Positions 23,878 to 42,397 of a DNA stretch of 64,000 nucleotides are shown here, in pieces. The stretch is taken from positions 7,120,448-7,184,447 of the forward strand of contig BDGG01000002.1 in NCBI GenBank assembly GCA_001949185.1, read 5' to 3'. The stretch comes from Ramazzottius varieornatus (Eukaryota; Animalia; Tardigrada). Both the position numbers and the translations under genes were made by a program. The notes beneath the pieces are model-generated. The model worked only from the letters and a program-made list of their open reading frames with translations, had not been told where the DNA came from and ran no database searches. Every line of letters begins with the position of its first letter. Positions within the stretch are counted from its first letter, which is position 1.

Positions 23878-24790
23878 TCAGTTAATCCCTGTCGAACCAA
23901 ATCCGCCTTCCCCGCGCTGGGTTTCATCCAAATTCTCCTTGGACTCTTGTAGATCAGGCATGACGATCTTCTCACAGATCAGCTGAGCAACTCGGTCGCC
24001 GGGATTCACTATCAAAGAGATATTAATTTTGAAGCCAGCAGCATTTACGCACTGTGCGTACATGGCTGGAAGAGAAATTCAAGCAGTAACGAGGAAAACC
24101 AGAAACTTCCTACCGATGAACACGTCTTTGCCGAAGTTGAAAAGAACAATACCGACATTTCCTCGGTAGTCAGCGTCAATAACTCCAGCTCCGACATCAA
24201 TAAAGTTCTTTGCAGCCAGTCCGGAACGCGGGGCTGCAAAAAGAAATTACAGTAATTGAAGTTCTACCTCAAACAGATGATCCACATTCCGGTATGCCAT
24301 CCACCGACGCAAACAGCGCTGTAGCTGCACCCTCGCAATTTTTCGGGTGACTTACCGACACGACCATAGGTTCCTTCAGGCACGGCGACTTGAATGTCCG
24401 TCTGAACAACGCATTTATCATGAGGAGGAATTTCGTATGAGTAGGCGCTGAAAACACATTAAAATCCTCGTGGCAATAGTTCACAATCACCATTCAGAAT
24501 GTACTGCACTTTACGATTTTCGTCCCAAAACCTCTCTTATCCATCAGCAGATTCAGTACCAACCTTCGCAAATCATGTCCGGCAGCCAGAGGAGATCCTT
24601 TAGACGGAGCATGGGCTTTGTCTGTCAGTTTCTTGAAGCGCAGAACAGCTGACGCTGGTCCCGTGCACGCCATCCTGAGCAATATGTCTGGTCCGAAGTG
24701 TGTCCAGACGACACCAGCAAGGGACAGGAGCTGTGTCCGAGATGAGAATCTTGGAGCGAAGATGGCCAGTGTCCGAAGTCTGGATATCAT
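23878..24790 (-). CDS. DUT: dUTP diphosphatase, 4 exons; second in-frame ATG at 24673
   Basis: All five motifs present: [41 protein letters not shown]. Confidence 0.95.
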
Positions 24791-25575
24791 CTAGAGAGAC
24801 GAAAGCGTCGGAAAGGAATAAACGACGCATTAAAAATATAAATCATTAAATTATTTAATCGAGCTTCCGTGCTGTACTGGAAGTCAGGAACCACAACACA
24901 GCTCGGCACGTCGGGTTGAGATACGTTCAACCCGAGTTGCGAGCCGATCGACCGTTTCTTGTTATGTGATGGGCTACTTTTGATTGACGAATTGTTGCTC
25001 CCAGTAAACCAATCGACCAAATTTCCGCGACCGAAACGGTTCACCGTTCGACAGGATCGAGCGGCTAAAACTGACAAAGGTGCGCAACTGACAAAATTAA
25101 CAATTTATTTTTCGGATTTTCCACTCGCTTCTTCGTGGAGGACATTCGGAACACTCCAGTCTCATTCCAGTTGCGTATCCTCTGCTACTCCCTGCTGCTG
25201 GAACAGGCTAACCCTGGGGCGTTTACGAATCTTACAGCGTTTCCTTGCAGGACTGCTCACCTGGCCCGAACTGCCGTGTGGTCGGTGTGGATACTGGCTT
25301 TGGTATTATTTGGACGCTCTGGACGCCGAAACTCCGAGGGTCCCGATTCGTGACGGTCCTCTGTGTTTTACCATCAAACTGAACTGTTACACCTAGGACG
25401 GAAGGCCTCTGTGGGCGGTTTAGAGCCTTTGATGTGTTAGACTTCATGGGCGTAAGGTAAGGTACAACGTTTTGCTAGCGATTTCGAATCGTATTCTAAA
25501 CGATGTCCTCCTGTGCTGTTTCGGTCCAGCTATCAAGGCTTCTGGAGTAGCCGTTGGTCATTACCCCTATCCCTC

Positions 25576-26364
25576 ATGGCGGTCGCCGAGCCTCAAAAGA
25601 TTGTATCCGAAGGAATATTCAAGCTGAAGCCCGTCAAAGATTGTTCCAAGCTTGAAGATGCAAGACCTATCATCTATCTTTACGATGCACAGGTATAAGC
25701 GCCAGCGAAGTGTCTGGTCGGAAGTGTCGTACATGACTTCGTTCTCGAATCTTGCAGTTTCTTAACTGTAAAATGCTTTTTTGGCAGCAAGTCACTCTAG
25801 GACGGAACCGTCTGACCAACATAAGGGACCTATCTCTCTCTAGAAAGCAGTGTACGTATGATCATGGAAAGGAGGCTTTTCGACAGTTCCGTCGAACGAA
25901 CTCTTCAACAAAGTAATTGTCTGAGTTGCGTCCCTTGCCTTTCAGTGAGGATAGAAGCCAACGCTACCGGCGACTGCGTCGAGGTTACTCAGTTAAGTTC
26001 TACCCAGCCTTCCTTCGTCAATGGCCAGCCGCTGCTGTTTCCCTGGTCGAAGATGCTCGTGCCCGGAGACTCCATCTCGCTCTGCAAGAACTCTCACGAG
26101 TACGTCTTGGAACGGTCGGAAAGAAGTCAGAAGACTACTTCTCCCGACGACCTAAATTCGCCCAGTACCAAGAAGAGAAAGCATACGGAGGAGCAAGAGG
26201 CTGTCCCTCCAAAAACTCCGCTGCAAAACGAGGACTTCAGGCAAAAGGCGAGCAACAAGGAGAAGCGACGGTCAGCGTGGTCTCCCATGGACTTGGTCCA
26301 ACAGCTCTGCGTCTTCAGCTCTGGCGGAAAACCGGTCCTACCTCGAAAATCTCTCGGAGACTGA
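25576..26364 (+). CDS. PNKP/APLF/aprataxin-type FHA domain protein, apparently without a catalytic domain; 3 exons
   Basis: VTLGRNRLTNIRDLSLSRKQ...VTQLSSTQPSFVNG...LVPGDSISL matches the PNKP-class FHA; KKRK NLS-like motif; stop at 26364. Confidence 0.7.
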
Positions 26365-27075
26365 GCTGTGTGGACGGAATGCACGGGAAGGTGTATGGAA
26401 AAGCTTCTACGGTAAAGGACTTACATCTGTGCTCAGGTTTCTTGGTGCTCTTCTTCCGAAGCGAACTGATGTAGCTAGTTATTCACTTTTCGTGTTTTTA
26501 TCTGTGCATGCTTTGGCTTTATAGCTTAAGATACCGTATTATTATTCGTATATCGCCCTGGACATTTTCTGGTTTAATTTCGCGGCATTCTGGTGACCAA
26601 GAATCTTGAATCTTGATGGTCACGTATCTTTCTCATCGTCGTACATATTTTGTGCTTTTTCGGTTGACGTGGTACAACGTAAGTACGCCATGTGTGAGTG
26701 AGAAATGCGTTCACTGTTTGATTCAGATCGGTTTCGAAGAAAACATTTCAGTTACTTTTGTCTAAGCGCATCCAGAGAGAAGATCGGGTAAAGAACCGGA
26801 AAATCGCAGTATCACAGCGTAAAGCAAAAACCCCCAGACCGAAGAAATACAACATCAAGAAAACGCACATGCAAAAGTTCAAATCCTGAAAAGAAAAACG
26901 AAACCACCAATAAGGAGTCTGCCTCTGAAGTTAGTGAAGTGTAGCAACCGGATTCAACAATCAGACCAAATTCCGCTCATTCACCTTTCCACGTAGAAGC
27001 AGAAGTCTACTCTAATACCCGTAACAATGGCGTCACCTAATTCACCGGGGAGAGATTCATTTCACGTATCAACCA

Positions 27076-30045
27076 TCACACTTCCTTATCTTCATACCGG
27101 GGCATTTCAACCGTCACGAAATGCTCGACAGCCTGCAAGTGATCACATAAGTTTACAATGTTTCTGATGGGAGGGTACTCGGTGGGAGACTCACCTTATA
27201 GGAGGGGAATATGCCTCGTTTGTTCGTTTCTAAGTTCTCGCCTTTGGAGTATCCATCCCAATGGTTCCCGGCGATACCCAAGAGATCGCCTTTTTTAAAT
27301 GAGATTTCTTCCGGAGTACGTGCTTCGTGCGGCAGAATGGCTTCTAGATTATGGGAATTCTGACCACCGTAGTAATACACGTCGTCGAGAGAGTCGTAGT
27401 TGTCAGTGGCATCAGCCACACGAGCTTGCATTAACTCGTAAGCGAGTCGACAAACCTACAAGGAGTCAAGAACACCGAAATATTCCTATAGAAAAATCTT
27501 CAGAAGAAAAAACCGCCATCGTACCTGAGAGGAAAATGTGCAAACGAGATGATCAGAGTGAGACAGAAAATTTATGTCCGTTATAATGCCCCGAAGAGAT
27601 TCATCCGAATACCGCTTATTCAGCCCAGCAGACTCCATGGATTTGAAGTTACCGATAACCTCATAATCTGGAAACCTGGAAAACCATGCGTGCATCAAGC
27701 AATAGGAAGCACAAGGAGTACACGGCGCCTGTGTACTTTTCTCTGGCTTCGCGGAACACTGTAGGGTCGTCCGTGGCGAGGTAGACCCGACGAACTTGCG
27801 TCTTGTTCATCTTGACGTCCAGCTGATCGAAGTACTCCGCGACTTTCCTCATGTACTCTTCGACCTCATGCTTGGAAGCTTCCGTCCCGATCTTGTCCGT
27901 TCTTCTTACATGTACACTGCGTAAGAAAACACAATCAGACACAACAGATAACAAGTTTTAAGACCTAGGCAAACAAGCTCGACAGGATCGTTTATTCAAG
28001 TGGCGCATATTTTGGATGTAACTGGCTGAGTGAGTGCGCCACTTCGGAAAATAATAAAATTCGACTAGATTCTCCTTTAAAAGTGGCGCACTGTCTCGGA
28101 CAATATCGCTCATAACGTGCGCCAGTTGGGGAAGGAATCTTGGCGAACTTGTTTGCCATGCATGAGCTCCCATTTTTGATAAAGTTTTACCCGACGATAG
28201 GAGATTTGTAATGGAGTTCGTTCGTCAGTTCTTCCATCATAGTTACTGTTGACTTCTGGTACCTCCACAAGTACGCTAGGAGCTGCCCTAACCACCAGAT
28301 AGGTGGGTTCTTGTGGAAGGCGTGAATCCGTGAGAAGAGGTCCGCTGGAACAGCTTGGGGAAGCCATTCCGGTCGTTTGTTGTTGCCAGAAGCGGTCTGG
28401 ATATTGTCGATTATGGGCAGCTCCACGACCGGTGCCTCGTAGTTCTCTGGTGTGTCCTTCCATGGAATGTATCCAGCTGCGTCTTTAAGGGTGCAGGTTT
28501 CGCTGAGCGGAAGAAACATGGATTCCCAGCCCTTCCTTGAGTACCTCCAGTTTTTGGAGTCCAGTATCACAGTTCGGTTGAGCGCGTAGCCGGCCATAAG
28601 GCAGTAGGTAACGTGGTGGAGCTGACAACCGAACCCACAAGCTTTATTGATGCCACACCGTAGCCGACGAGCTTTGCTACAGTTCGCAGGATTCTAGAAC
28701 CACACTCGAATAGTTATATCACTCGATTATTGGTGTAAGTAGTGTTTCTTTACTTGAGATCAAGACAAACAAACTCAGCAAAACTGTTTTTCCACAAGTG
28801 GCGCACGCCTTCAGCAAACCACACTGAAGAGATGCGCCACTTGGGAAAACGGTTTTGTCGAGTTTTGTTTGCCGAGCTTCTAGTTAGTGGTTGTAAGTCG
28901 CAAAGCATTTTACACTATTTCTCCTTGGAATCTAGCAAAGCTGCGGGTTGGTTACAGTACCTGGAGGTGTTTCAGTCGATTTTGGACGACAGCTGACAGC
29001 TGCTGGGCTTTGTCGTTTTTCCACTCAAGTACACCGGAAGTCCTCTCCACATTATCGATATCGGCTAGAATCACTCTACGAGGAACACGGAAAAATTGAT
29101 CGCTATAAACAAAGATCTTAACCGATAGTAAACAAAGACTAACTTACTACTCTACCTTTTCTGTTCCGTCATGAAATCGACCATTTCTTTTACCAGGTTC
29201 TCCACTTTGTCCGGGTCGCGGACTTCATTCAGAGTTTTCAGGTGTGCCGACGCGTACCTCCAAAATTCGATAATTCCACTATCCAACTTCCGGCGCGCAA
29301 ACTCGAACTGTTTACTCGGCGCCAGATCTATACCGAGAAAAGTTCATCACTCCCGAAACGCAGGTGATTTTCCACAGCGCCAAAAACTGACGCATCAAAG
29401 AACTCCAAGACTGAATTCTGGGGAAAATTGACAGTACAAGTACGACATACATTCTTCTGAAGTTGCATCTGAGTTGTCGCTGGAACCATCCGCATTTCCA
29501 TTATTTCCATCTTTTTCTTTCGACGATCTGGAAAAAAAAGAGAAAAGAGATTCCACACTGGAATCTCGAAAATTTTCACACTCACCTTTAGAAGTCTCGC
29601 CGAAGAATGTCAACATTACGTTTATCTCAAACAGGCAAAACTCTCAACCACTGTCTACGCTATCATTTCCCCATTATCACAGCAATGTTTGCAATGACTC
29701 CCCATATAGTGATCAGTGCACATTGTAATCTTGAACATGTCAATCGTTATCGTTTGGCCAAATTTCTACAACAGCTACTGAACCTCACCTCAAGTTTCGT
29801 AATCGCATATTCAGGACATCGTTTTGCTTCTGCAACTTCTCAATCTTCTCCAATACCGTATCGATTCGGGCTGCTTCGTCGGCCGATGACTTGCGGCCAT
29901 CCGTCTGTCGTGCCAGCCGAGGGATGAGTTCATCGCTGACATCGGACAGCAGGAACATGCGCGAGACGCCAAAGAGGATCAACAGCCAAACCCCCACTCC
30001 GGCAATGAAATATCTTTTGAGACGCGAGAAGTGGGCCGACATCAT
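27076..30045 (-). CDS. FUT8: Alpha-(1,6)-fucosyltransferase (GT23), multi-exon
   Basis: N-terminal TM anchor; CGFGCQLHH, VHVRRTDKIGTEA, YLATDDP, LVCTFSSQV, SLDDVYYYGGQ, SH3 GIAGNHWDGYSKG. Confidence 0.95.
27961..28171. repeat. Intronic palindromic element family A, copy 6 (double core)
   Basis: Cores at 28001 and 28084 (83-bp period), 27-nt spacers; arms ggcaaacaagctcgac / gcgaacttgtttgcc; in a FUT8 intron. Confidence 0.85.
28757..28880. repeat. Intronic palindromic element family A, copy 7
   Basis: caagtggcgca(28799 heptamer)-N27-tgcgccacttg(28833); long arms; in a FUT8 intron. Confidence 0.85.
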
Positions 30046-31608
30046 CCGTCTTCCACGGGATCATAATGAAGTTACAATCATGGCCACGTTGCATGGGTGT
30101 CGCGTAGTTTCTAGCAGATTGCGCCGACGGAAGAAATATCCACTGTGCATGTTAGCGCATCTTCAAAGATGCGTCCGACGGAGCAGTCGATCCGCTCAGC
30201 GTGCGTGGCGTCACCGGGAGCCTTGCTAGGGTTATGTTATGACCTGAAAAATGAAAAGGTGGATGTTTGATGAGATAAGATATGCAGAAAGGGAACAGCG
30301 GAAGAAAAACAATGGCAGATGATTTTTACAGTGAATTCGAAATCTGCGGATCTCATCAGCTTCTGTTGTCAATGGGGCCAGCCATACGCAAACATTGTAG
30401 TTAGCTGTACGTCCGCTTGTACTCCAACTCAAAATCCATCTCATTCAATCAATGGTTGAAGCTGATGATCATTCGTATATTGATTTTCTGTCGGCAGCCG
30501 TTACCGTGTGAAGGAGTTCGAGTGATGGGCCCCGGGGAAGGCAACGGAAGCGAGAATCGAGTTTGTCGCATCGATTTTTGTGTCACGGGCCTCATGGCGC
30601 AGTGGCGGTACACTTGCCACTGCTGAGAAGATTGAGACATGGAAAAAAACAACACGTTCAAATTTAAGGCTTGACGCGGTCTTGCTGTTTGCCTGAGCAA
30701 AGGCCGAGAAAGCACTGCCACGCTCGCTACCTGCACGCATATGCGAGACCAGCGGCACGCGGAGTACCCGGAAGCCATGCAAGATACTGTTGCAATGGCT
30801 TAGTTATCTAATACTTCAACGATCATCTCATATGGGAAGACTGCAGTTCGTAAACCCACATCTTGTAAACCTCTTGTTTTGATAAAATGATAAAAACTAG
30901 CTAGTGGTTCTGACCACTGGGAAGGCCGAGCAGAAGCAAAGAAGCATAAGTTTTGCGATTAAAAACTTTTGCTACTCGGATCAAGTTGCGCACTTGTTTT
31001 CAGTACAGAGGTTGTGATACCTGAAAGCTCGAACAATCTGATCGTCCATTGAAATCTCGGCGGACTTAAAAGGGCCTTGCTTCGCTCGGCCTGATAATCC
31101 TGGAATTATTTTTTGTCAAGTCATGTTCGATCTAGTTATCTCAGCAGGGTCCGCAGTTTCACCTACGCAATTGTCACACACGCAGCGTATACTGTGAAAT
31201 AAATGAGCATGGTATAACGGGCTGTTATGTTTCCGGTGTTGACGACCCATTGTTAATTGGTATATAGTACACCGAGAAAGGTTTAATTTGATTGTCGACG
31301 TTTTATTCGCATGTTTGCCAGATACACAGCAATCTGTAAGGACGCAAGCAACTTCGTCACAGTTGGACAAAAGATGAGGACTCTGCGTAAAAAAAACGTT
31401 ACAGCAGGAGCGCATCACAGTGATCGGACGCTATTCAATCTAATCATCAACGAGGCCAGCAAACCGGTGCAGTACTATTACCGGTGAAGCCAGGAGCTCG
31501 AGGTACCATACTTTCGTTTATTGGGTAGACAAATGCTGCGATCACTTCAGCTATCAGGAATGCTAGGAGTCACTTCAATCATTACTGAAATTCCATCAAA
31601 ATTCACTC

Positions 31609-32854
31609 ATGGTTTCTCAACTGTTGACTAAATTCCTCATTCCTATCCTCCTCATTGTTGCATCCCTAATCACCATTGTAGCTTTATTTCTTTCGTGGCA
31701 TAGCATTAGAAGCGCGCTTATTCATTCACCAGAATATTCCTTTCAAGTAGCGCGAGAAATCGAAGAGGCGGAAGTCGTCCCGGAATACAACTATGAAGGA
31801 GATGCCCTCTCCGACCCGGAAGTAGTGGGCGAATATGGTGGTACCAACGAGCCTTTGGTACCGGTAGAACCCAAGTCATGCTACCTTCCAACCTCAAGAA
31901 CCAGGATGATTCTCTTTGTGTCTTCGCGACCTAAAGACGCGGAAATGCGGCTGTCCATCCGGAGTACCTGGGGAGCCACTGCAAAGACCTGCAGGATCGT
32001 CGTCGTCTTCGGCTTCGGCGCAGTCGACAGCGATACACTGCAGGACGAAATAGCAAAAGAAGGTCGTGTCTTTGGAGATATTCTTCAGTTTCAGGACATT
32101 CGAGATTCGTACCGGAATCAGACAAGGATTGTTCTGACGTTTTACGAATGGGCCAGATTGAACTGCAATCAGACAGAGTACGTCGCCAAAGCCGACGACG
32201 ATACTTGGATTAATCTGCCCCTCGTTCTATCGAGCTTAGAGTCCATCAAGGCAAGATCCTTCATCGCGGGTTATTGGTTTCCCCCAGGCACTTCGGTTAT
32301 GCGAACTCCCGAGCACGCGCAGTGGCTAAGCAGGGAAGAAAGACTGGACGATTATTATCCGGCTTATTGCTCGGGAATTCTCTACGTGATTCCCACGAGG
32401 ATGGTTTCCGCGGTCCTCAACACAGCCGCAACGATGCAAATCCACTGGATCGACGATGCCTTCATCACAGGTGATCCCCCTGAGGTTCCTGACGCAGGTT
32501 TTGTTTTCAAGGTTTCTTGTTGAACAGTCCAAACCTCCATAAAATCTTTTGTTTTTCGATCGCGTGCGGATCCAATAATCATCCGAACTTGACTTTAGCC
32601 TGAAAGTTGTCTTTACAGGAGACGTGATAACGAAGATCAACAAAGACTCGGCAAGAGCCAAGAAAGAAAAAAAAAGGGAAGCAATAGTTCGATATGGCTT
32701 GACCGGCTGGCTAACATTACCATACAATCAGAGCGCCACGAGTTTATGCCGGCTCCTTCTGAAGTCCACCATCATGCACAGAATCAATTCGTATACCAAA
32801 CAAGCTCTCTATAATCTGTCTTGTTTGCAAGAGCAACATAGCTGCCGAAACTAA
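31609..32854 (+). CDS. Beta-1,3-galactosyltransferase family (GT31) protein; probable exons 31609-32470 and ~32619-32854
   Basis: N-terminal TM; RLSIRSTWG, FGDILQ..DSYRN, AKADDDTWIN, YPAYCSG, IDDAFITG. Confidence 0.9.
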
Positions 32855-33049
32855 CTATCCAAATCCAAAGTCTGGACTGCTTTGTTCCTAAATCTGCACT
32901 TCATAATTCATCGAGAAACACTCGTTAGTAACAGAGTTTCTAAAACCTTCTTCTCTTAACAAACTCAAAACGTTGATCGTCAAAACAAAACATCGTGATT
33001 CCACATAGATCTAGGCACCCAAAAACAACGTCCAAAGAAAAAAGCTTTG

Positions 33050-34129
33050 CTACAAAATCCGGGGCTGCGGACCCGGAATCAGGAAATGTGTTGGTGGAAA
33101 GTAGACACGTTGGTAGCGCGTTATGCACCGAGCAATTGCAACCAAGGTGCTAACACTACGTCGCTTGCCGAGGAAGGGAAGGAACACGATTTTCGTTTCC
33201 GCCACTGTATCTTTATCGCCAGTCACGCCATCTCTTCCATACTGCGTGTCCCTACAGCAAAAACATAATATCATCCAGCGACGTAGTGGTTCTTCAATCC
33301 ATAATGTACGCGACATGGTAGAGGCGCAATCATTCCCCATTCTCATTGCTGTTTGCTCCTCTTGGAGTCCGCGAATAAATTTGTTCACCTCGTCCTCTTT
33401 TTCGGTAGTTGGCTCATGTATTTTTCCAACCATTCAAACTGATCCGGTGGAAATGGCCACAGTTCGTCGGCCAACTTGTTGAGCTGATTCGAGGAGTGCC
33501 AACCGTCCCGTCGAGTCGTAAGGTTAGCTTCCGCAGCGTTCTCCACCGTCTGGTATCTTCAGATACATCCTTAGCCACTGGCCCTGTTAACGCCGCAGCT
33601 TCGTAGAGTATCAAGGAGTCTTTCGTGGGTAGAATATACTGTAGTGCTACCAAATTATCGCGCACTGATCTACGTCATCGCAGCCCAGTGCGATCAGATG
33701 TTATCGGTTTAGCCTCGCTGGCTCACACCCGGCCATCATTTACTGTTCACGTGGTTGAGTGCGAGGTAATTTGGTAGCACTACAGTAACTGCCCAGTGCC
33801 TCAAGCCAGGCTGACTACGGTAGATGTGGAAAGCTGGTTCAAGAGAGTCTGGTCCCAGTCTCCCAGACCGAAGAGATTCTGAAACGCATCTTCCAATAAT
33901 TCGGTAGTCTATATACGTTTCGCGTACTGCACGTTCAAGGCACAAGCGAACTTACCTTCGGTAGACAGCCTTCCGGACCGAGGACAGATGTTGAAGATAC
34001 CGCAGACGCGCGAGGTTGCCATTTCAACACAGGAGCGTCTGGCGCACACTCGAGTCTCTTTGGAGCGGTACGCTTTCGGTTTCCTCCTCTTGCAGCTGCC
34101 GTAGGATATCTCTGCCTCTGCTTGGGCAT
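33050..34129 (-). CDS. Possible spliced gene of unknown function, head-to-head with ribokinase
   Basis: ATG 34129 (MPKQRQRY...CLPK) then a gtaag donor; in-phase exon TTELLEDAFQNLFGLGDWDQ; further open peptide NKLADELWPFPPDQFEWLEKYM; structure and 3' end unresolved. Confidence 0.3.
33639..33785. mobile_element. 147-bp MITE with TA target duplication
   Basis: Perfect 19-bp TIR CTGTAGTGCTACCAAATTA, extending imperfectly to about 37 bp; TA at 33637-38 and 33786-87. Confidence 0.9.
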
Positions 34130-34499
34130 CCTTCGAAGAGCGCTGAAGCGACGGTCGGAGCAGATGATATCGATAGCTAACGCTCCGTGGGAAGTCGGTA
34201 TCAACTTTTCACGCGATTATACTCGAAAATACCATTTGGAAATTGCGACTACAGCGTAAACAAATAACTCACTTCCCGCAGCACCCAGCAGAAATGCACA
34301 CTCGGATAGATCGGAAAATTTGATTCGTTGTGTCGAAAATTTTCTGGATTAACCCAACCCTTTTGAACAAACCCGTGATTCGCAATGATCGGACAGAGTT
34401 TTTGATCGCTTGATAACTATCTTGATAGGTTTTCTAAGCCATCTTCGGCCAACATCGTCGCCAACCTCGGAGTATCTCGCCAGATCTCGGCTGGAAAAA

Positions 34500-35816
<1,317 letters not shown>

Positions 35817-36286
35817 GTACTAAAGGCGTTCATGCTCATTGTATGTTTCGGTCTGGCTGGTAAACCACAGCGAACCCAGAACTGCATGTTATATCCTCCT
35901 GCAGAAATCGTACGTGGCACTTCCTGCTGCATTGACGTTTGTGATACCAGTCACTGATAAGTGAATTCCGGTGGAAGATATACGATCATACTTATGTACC
36001 AGTAATAAATCTCGGAAATTTTGCGGAATTTCTTTCTGCTCAGTAACTGCATAGTACGTGGCGACATCTTCAGTCCTCCATCAGACTGACCGCCAAAACG
36101 CTTACTGTGTCGTCATCAGTCATTCGTCTGTTTTGATTGTTGATTTCATCACATGAACAGTATCGATGTCTTTGATTCCGCGGGATCGCTCGCGAAGTAT
36201 TTCCATTTCCCAAGTTCCCAACCTCATTAGCCTCTTGAGTCCTTTTCACATTGTATTCGCGCAGAATTCACTAGCGGGGAAGGGCC

Positions 36287-40174
<3,888 letters not shown>

Positions 40175-40666
40175 AGACTCACCGACAAACGTCGACTTCT
40201 TACTGCGACTATTTATACAATATTTTGCTTTCATTTCAAACTCATTTTCTACTAACTCGCGATGGCATTTCAGTTGCGGCGATGATGACTGCGTGAAGTC
40301 AGAATTGATGGTTTCTGAGGTTGGCTAATTTTATCTGTTTCTGTTCGCGAAGAAGCTCATTCAGTGTGACATATCTAAAGTCAAAGAACGCATGGCGCAT
40401 GTTGAGCCAGTTGCATTGCTCCAAATCTTCCGCTCTCAGCAGAAGCTTCCATGATGACGAACCGATGCGGGTGCGACGGTCGCTTTACGCCTAGGTCATT
40501 ATTTTGTTGCCTTGAAAGCTCTTGGCCAACAATGAAAAGTCTCCATAAAGCAGCATGTCTCTCGTAAAAAGTATTTTAAAGTACCGCAGAAAAAAACTCT
40601 GGTGGCTCGGTGGAAGAACTTTTGCCTCATTTATTGGTCTTCGCGCAGTCAGTTGGAACTGACACG

Positions 40667-41313
40667 ATGAAGCTAGCTTCTGTGGTCGGCCTGACACTCA
40701 CGACCGTTATCGGTAAGTTTTTCAAGATTCCGACTCTGCAGCTTCCCTCAGGTCGAGTAACCTGCGCATATTTTTGCAGTGACGGTGTCTGGTCAATACG
40801 AAGGTGGAGGAGGTTACGGCGGTGGCGGTGATAGTTACGGTGGAAGCTACGGTGGCTCTTCGGGCGGTTATGACGGATCGGGACGCGGCTATGGGGGAGG
40901 TGGCGGTGGTGGCTATGGAGGAGGTGGTTCGTATGGTGGAGGCTTCTACGGTGAGTACATCCTTGTTGGAGAATTGTCTTTTTCTGTGCCATGGTTTGAA
41001 CATAACCAATGGATTTCAGGCGGCCACGGCTATGGCGGAGACATCAGTTTGATCGGCTATCCTATGCCTTACTTCGGCTTCCCCTTCCTTGGTAGGTTAA
41101 AACTCGATATCAAAGAAAACTGCGGAGTTTATGTTAATACGGTTGGTTTCAGGCTATCCATTCTTCCCGGGCTTGATCGGTCCTTGGGGATTCGGAGGAT
41201 TTGGCGGTTTCGGTGGTGGAGGTTTCGGCTTTGGAGGAGGTTTCGGATGATTTGGTGGCGGTGACTTCGGAGGAGGAGGTTACGGTGGAGGTGGTGGCGC
41301 TGGTTATGGCTGA
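40667..41313 (+). CDS. Secreted Gly/Tyr-rich protein 1 (4 exons; in-frame TGA at 41248-41250)
   Basis: Signal peptide MKLASVVGLTLTTVIVTVSG, then QYEGGGGYGG; Pro/aromatic core GYPMPYFGFPFLGYPFFPG. Confidence 0.8.
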
Positions 41314-41519
41314 AAGCAGACATCGTTGAGCGAAATCTACGCCTGCAGTTGTGATTTTCCGTTGTTTTGACAGTATTGCTGATCTGAAAGTTTCCTTTAT
41401 GCTGTAATTTTGACTATCCTTTACCGTGTTTGTCTCCTCATGTCAGCGTATCCCATCACTGTTAGTTTTGTCGTAAGATCTCTTTTATCAGTTTGAAGAC
41501 GTACTGCTTTTGCGGAACG

Positions 41520-41840
41520 AGCACTGCGGATAGAAGCAGCGAATCTAGCTATACTTCAGATAATTAGAGCTCGATGAAACACGCACAAAGGGAAAGTTTG
41601 GAGCGGTAAAAAGTTTGAAACAAGGGTTTCCGAAACGGCGGCACGGAAGTCCGCACGTACGTCGGCAGCTCACCCCAATGAACTGTCTGGCAGTTTTCTA
41701 CGTTGAATTCTCATTTTGCCGTCTTTTTCGCCTGTTCCAAACTTTGTACTGCTCCAAACTTTCGCTTCGCGCGTGTTCGTTTTCTAGGAATTTACAGTAG
41801 CTCCACGACCAGACGCACAATTTCATTCGCTTTCATCTAT
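41520..41840. mobile_element. Second copy of the MITE-like element at 14.8-15.2 kb
   Basis: Shares gttgaattctca..ttg, cgcctg.tccaaactttt.tactgctccaaactttc.cttcg.gcgtgt and acacgcac..gggaaagttt with the 14.8 kb copy. Confidence 0.7.
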
Positions 41841-42397
41841 TAGAAAAATCAAACGTTAGATATCGGTCATCGACTGGACAAGCGTTGATTCCTCAGTGTA
41901 TGTTATGGTGGAGGACGACCCGAGGAACATCTCGGGAGGCTCAAGTGACCTGAAAGTAGCTATTGTTTCATGCGCTCCAATGGGTCGTGGCGCAGAGATA
42001 CAGAAGATCACGTGGACAGCTTTTCAGTCCCATCATTAGTTAAATTGTTATAGAGCATGCCTGTTTCGGCTGTTTGAAAAGGTCGTCGGGAATTTGGTGA
42101 AAAGAAGCAAGCTTGAGAACTTAGCCTGGAGATTAGTGCGCCGGTAAATAGAGCGGGGACCATTGATCGATCGTAATACCTGTTTTAATGAAGTGATTCT
42201 TGCTAGCAATACTAATACTGTAATACAATGCCGTCTCTGCGTTCGAAGATCCACTTGAAGATGCTGCAAACTGCAACGAATACATTAAAGAAGAGCGAAA
42301 GTTTGCCAAACCAAAAAACGTCACCGCGTGTTATGATCGAGATATTTCTTCAAGAACTTGTACCACGCCCTCTTCCTCTCCAAATTCCCAGTGTGGA

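Noticed and set aside
30923-31092. 18-19-bp inverted repeat aggccgagc(a)gaagcaa
   Set aside because: Possibly a small repeat element, but single, short and without a clear target duplication.
41248-41250. Selenocysteine recoding of the in-frame TGA
   Set aside because: The context is a Gly repeat rather than a redox motif, and no SECIS was recognised downstream.
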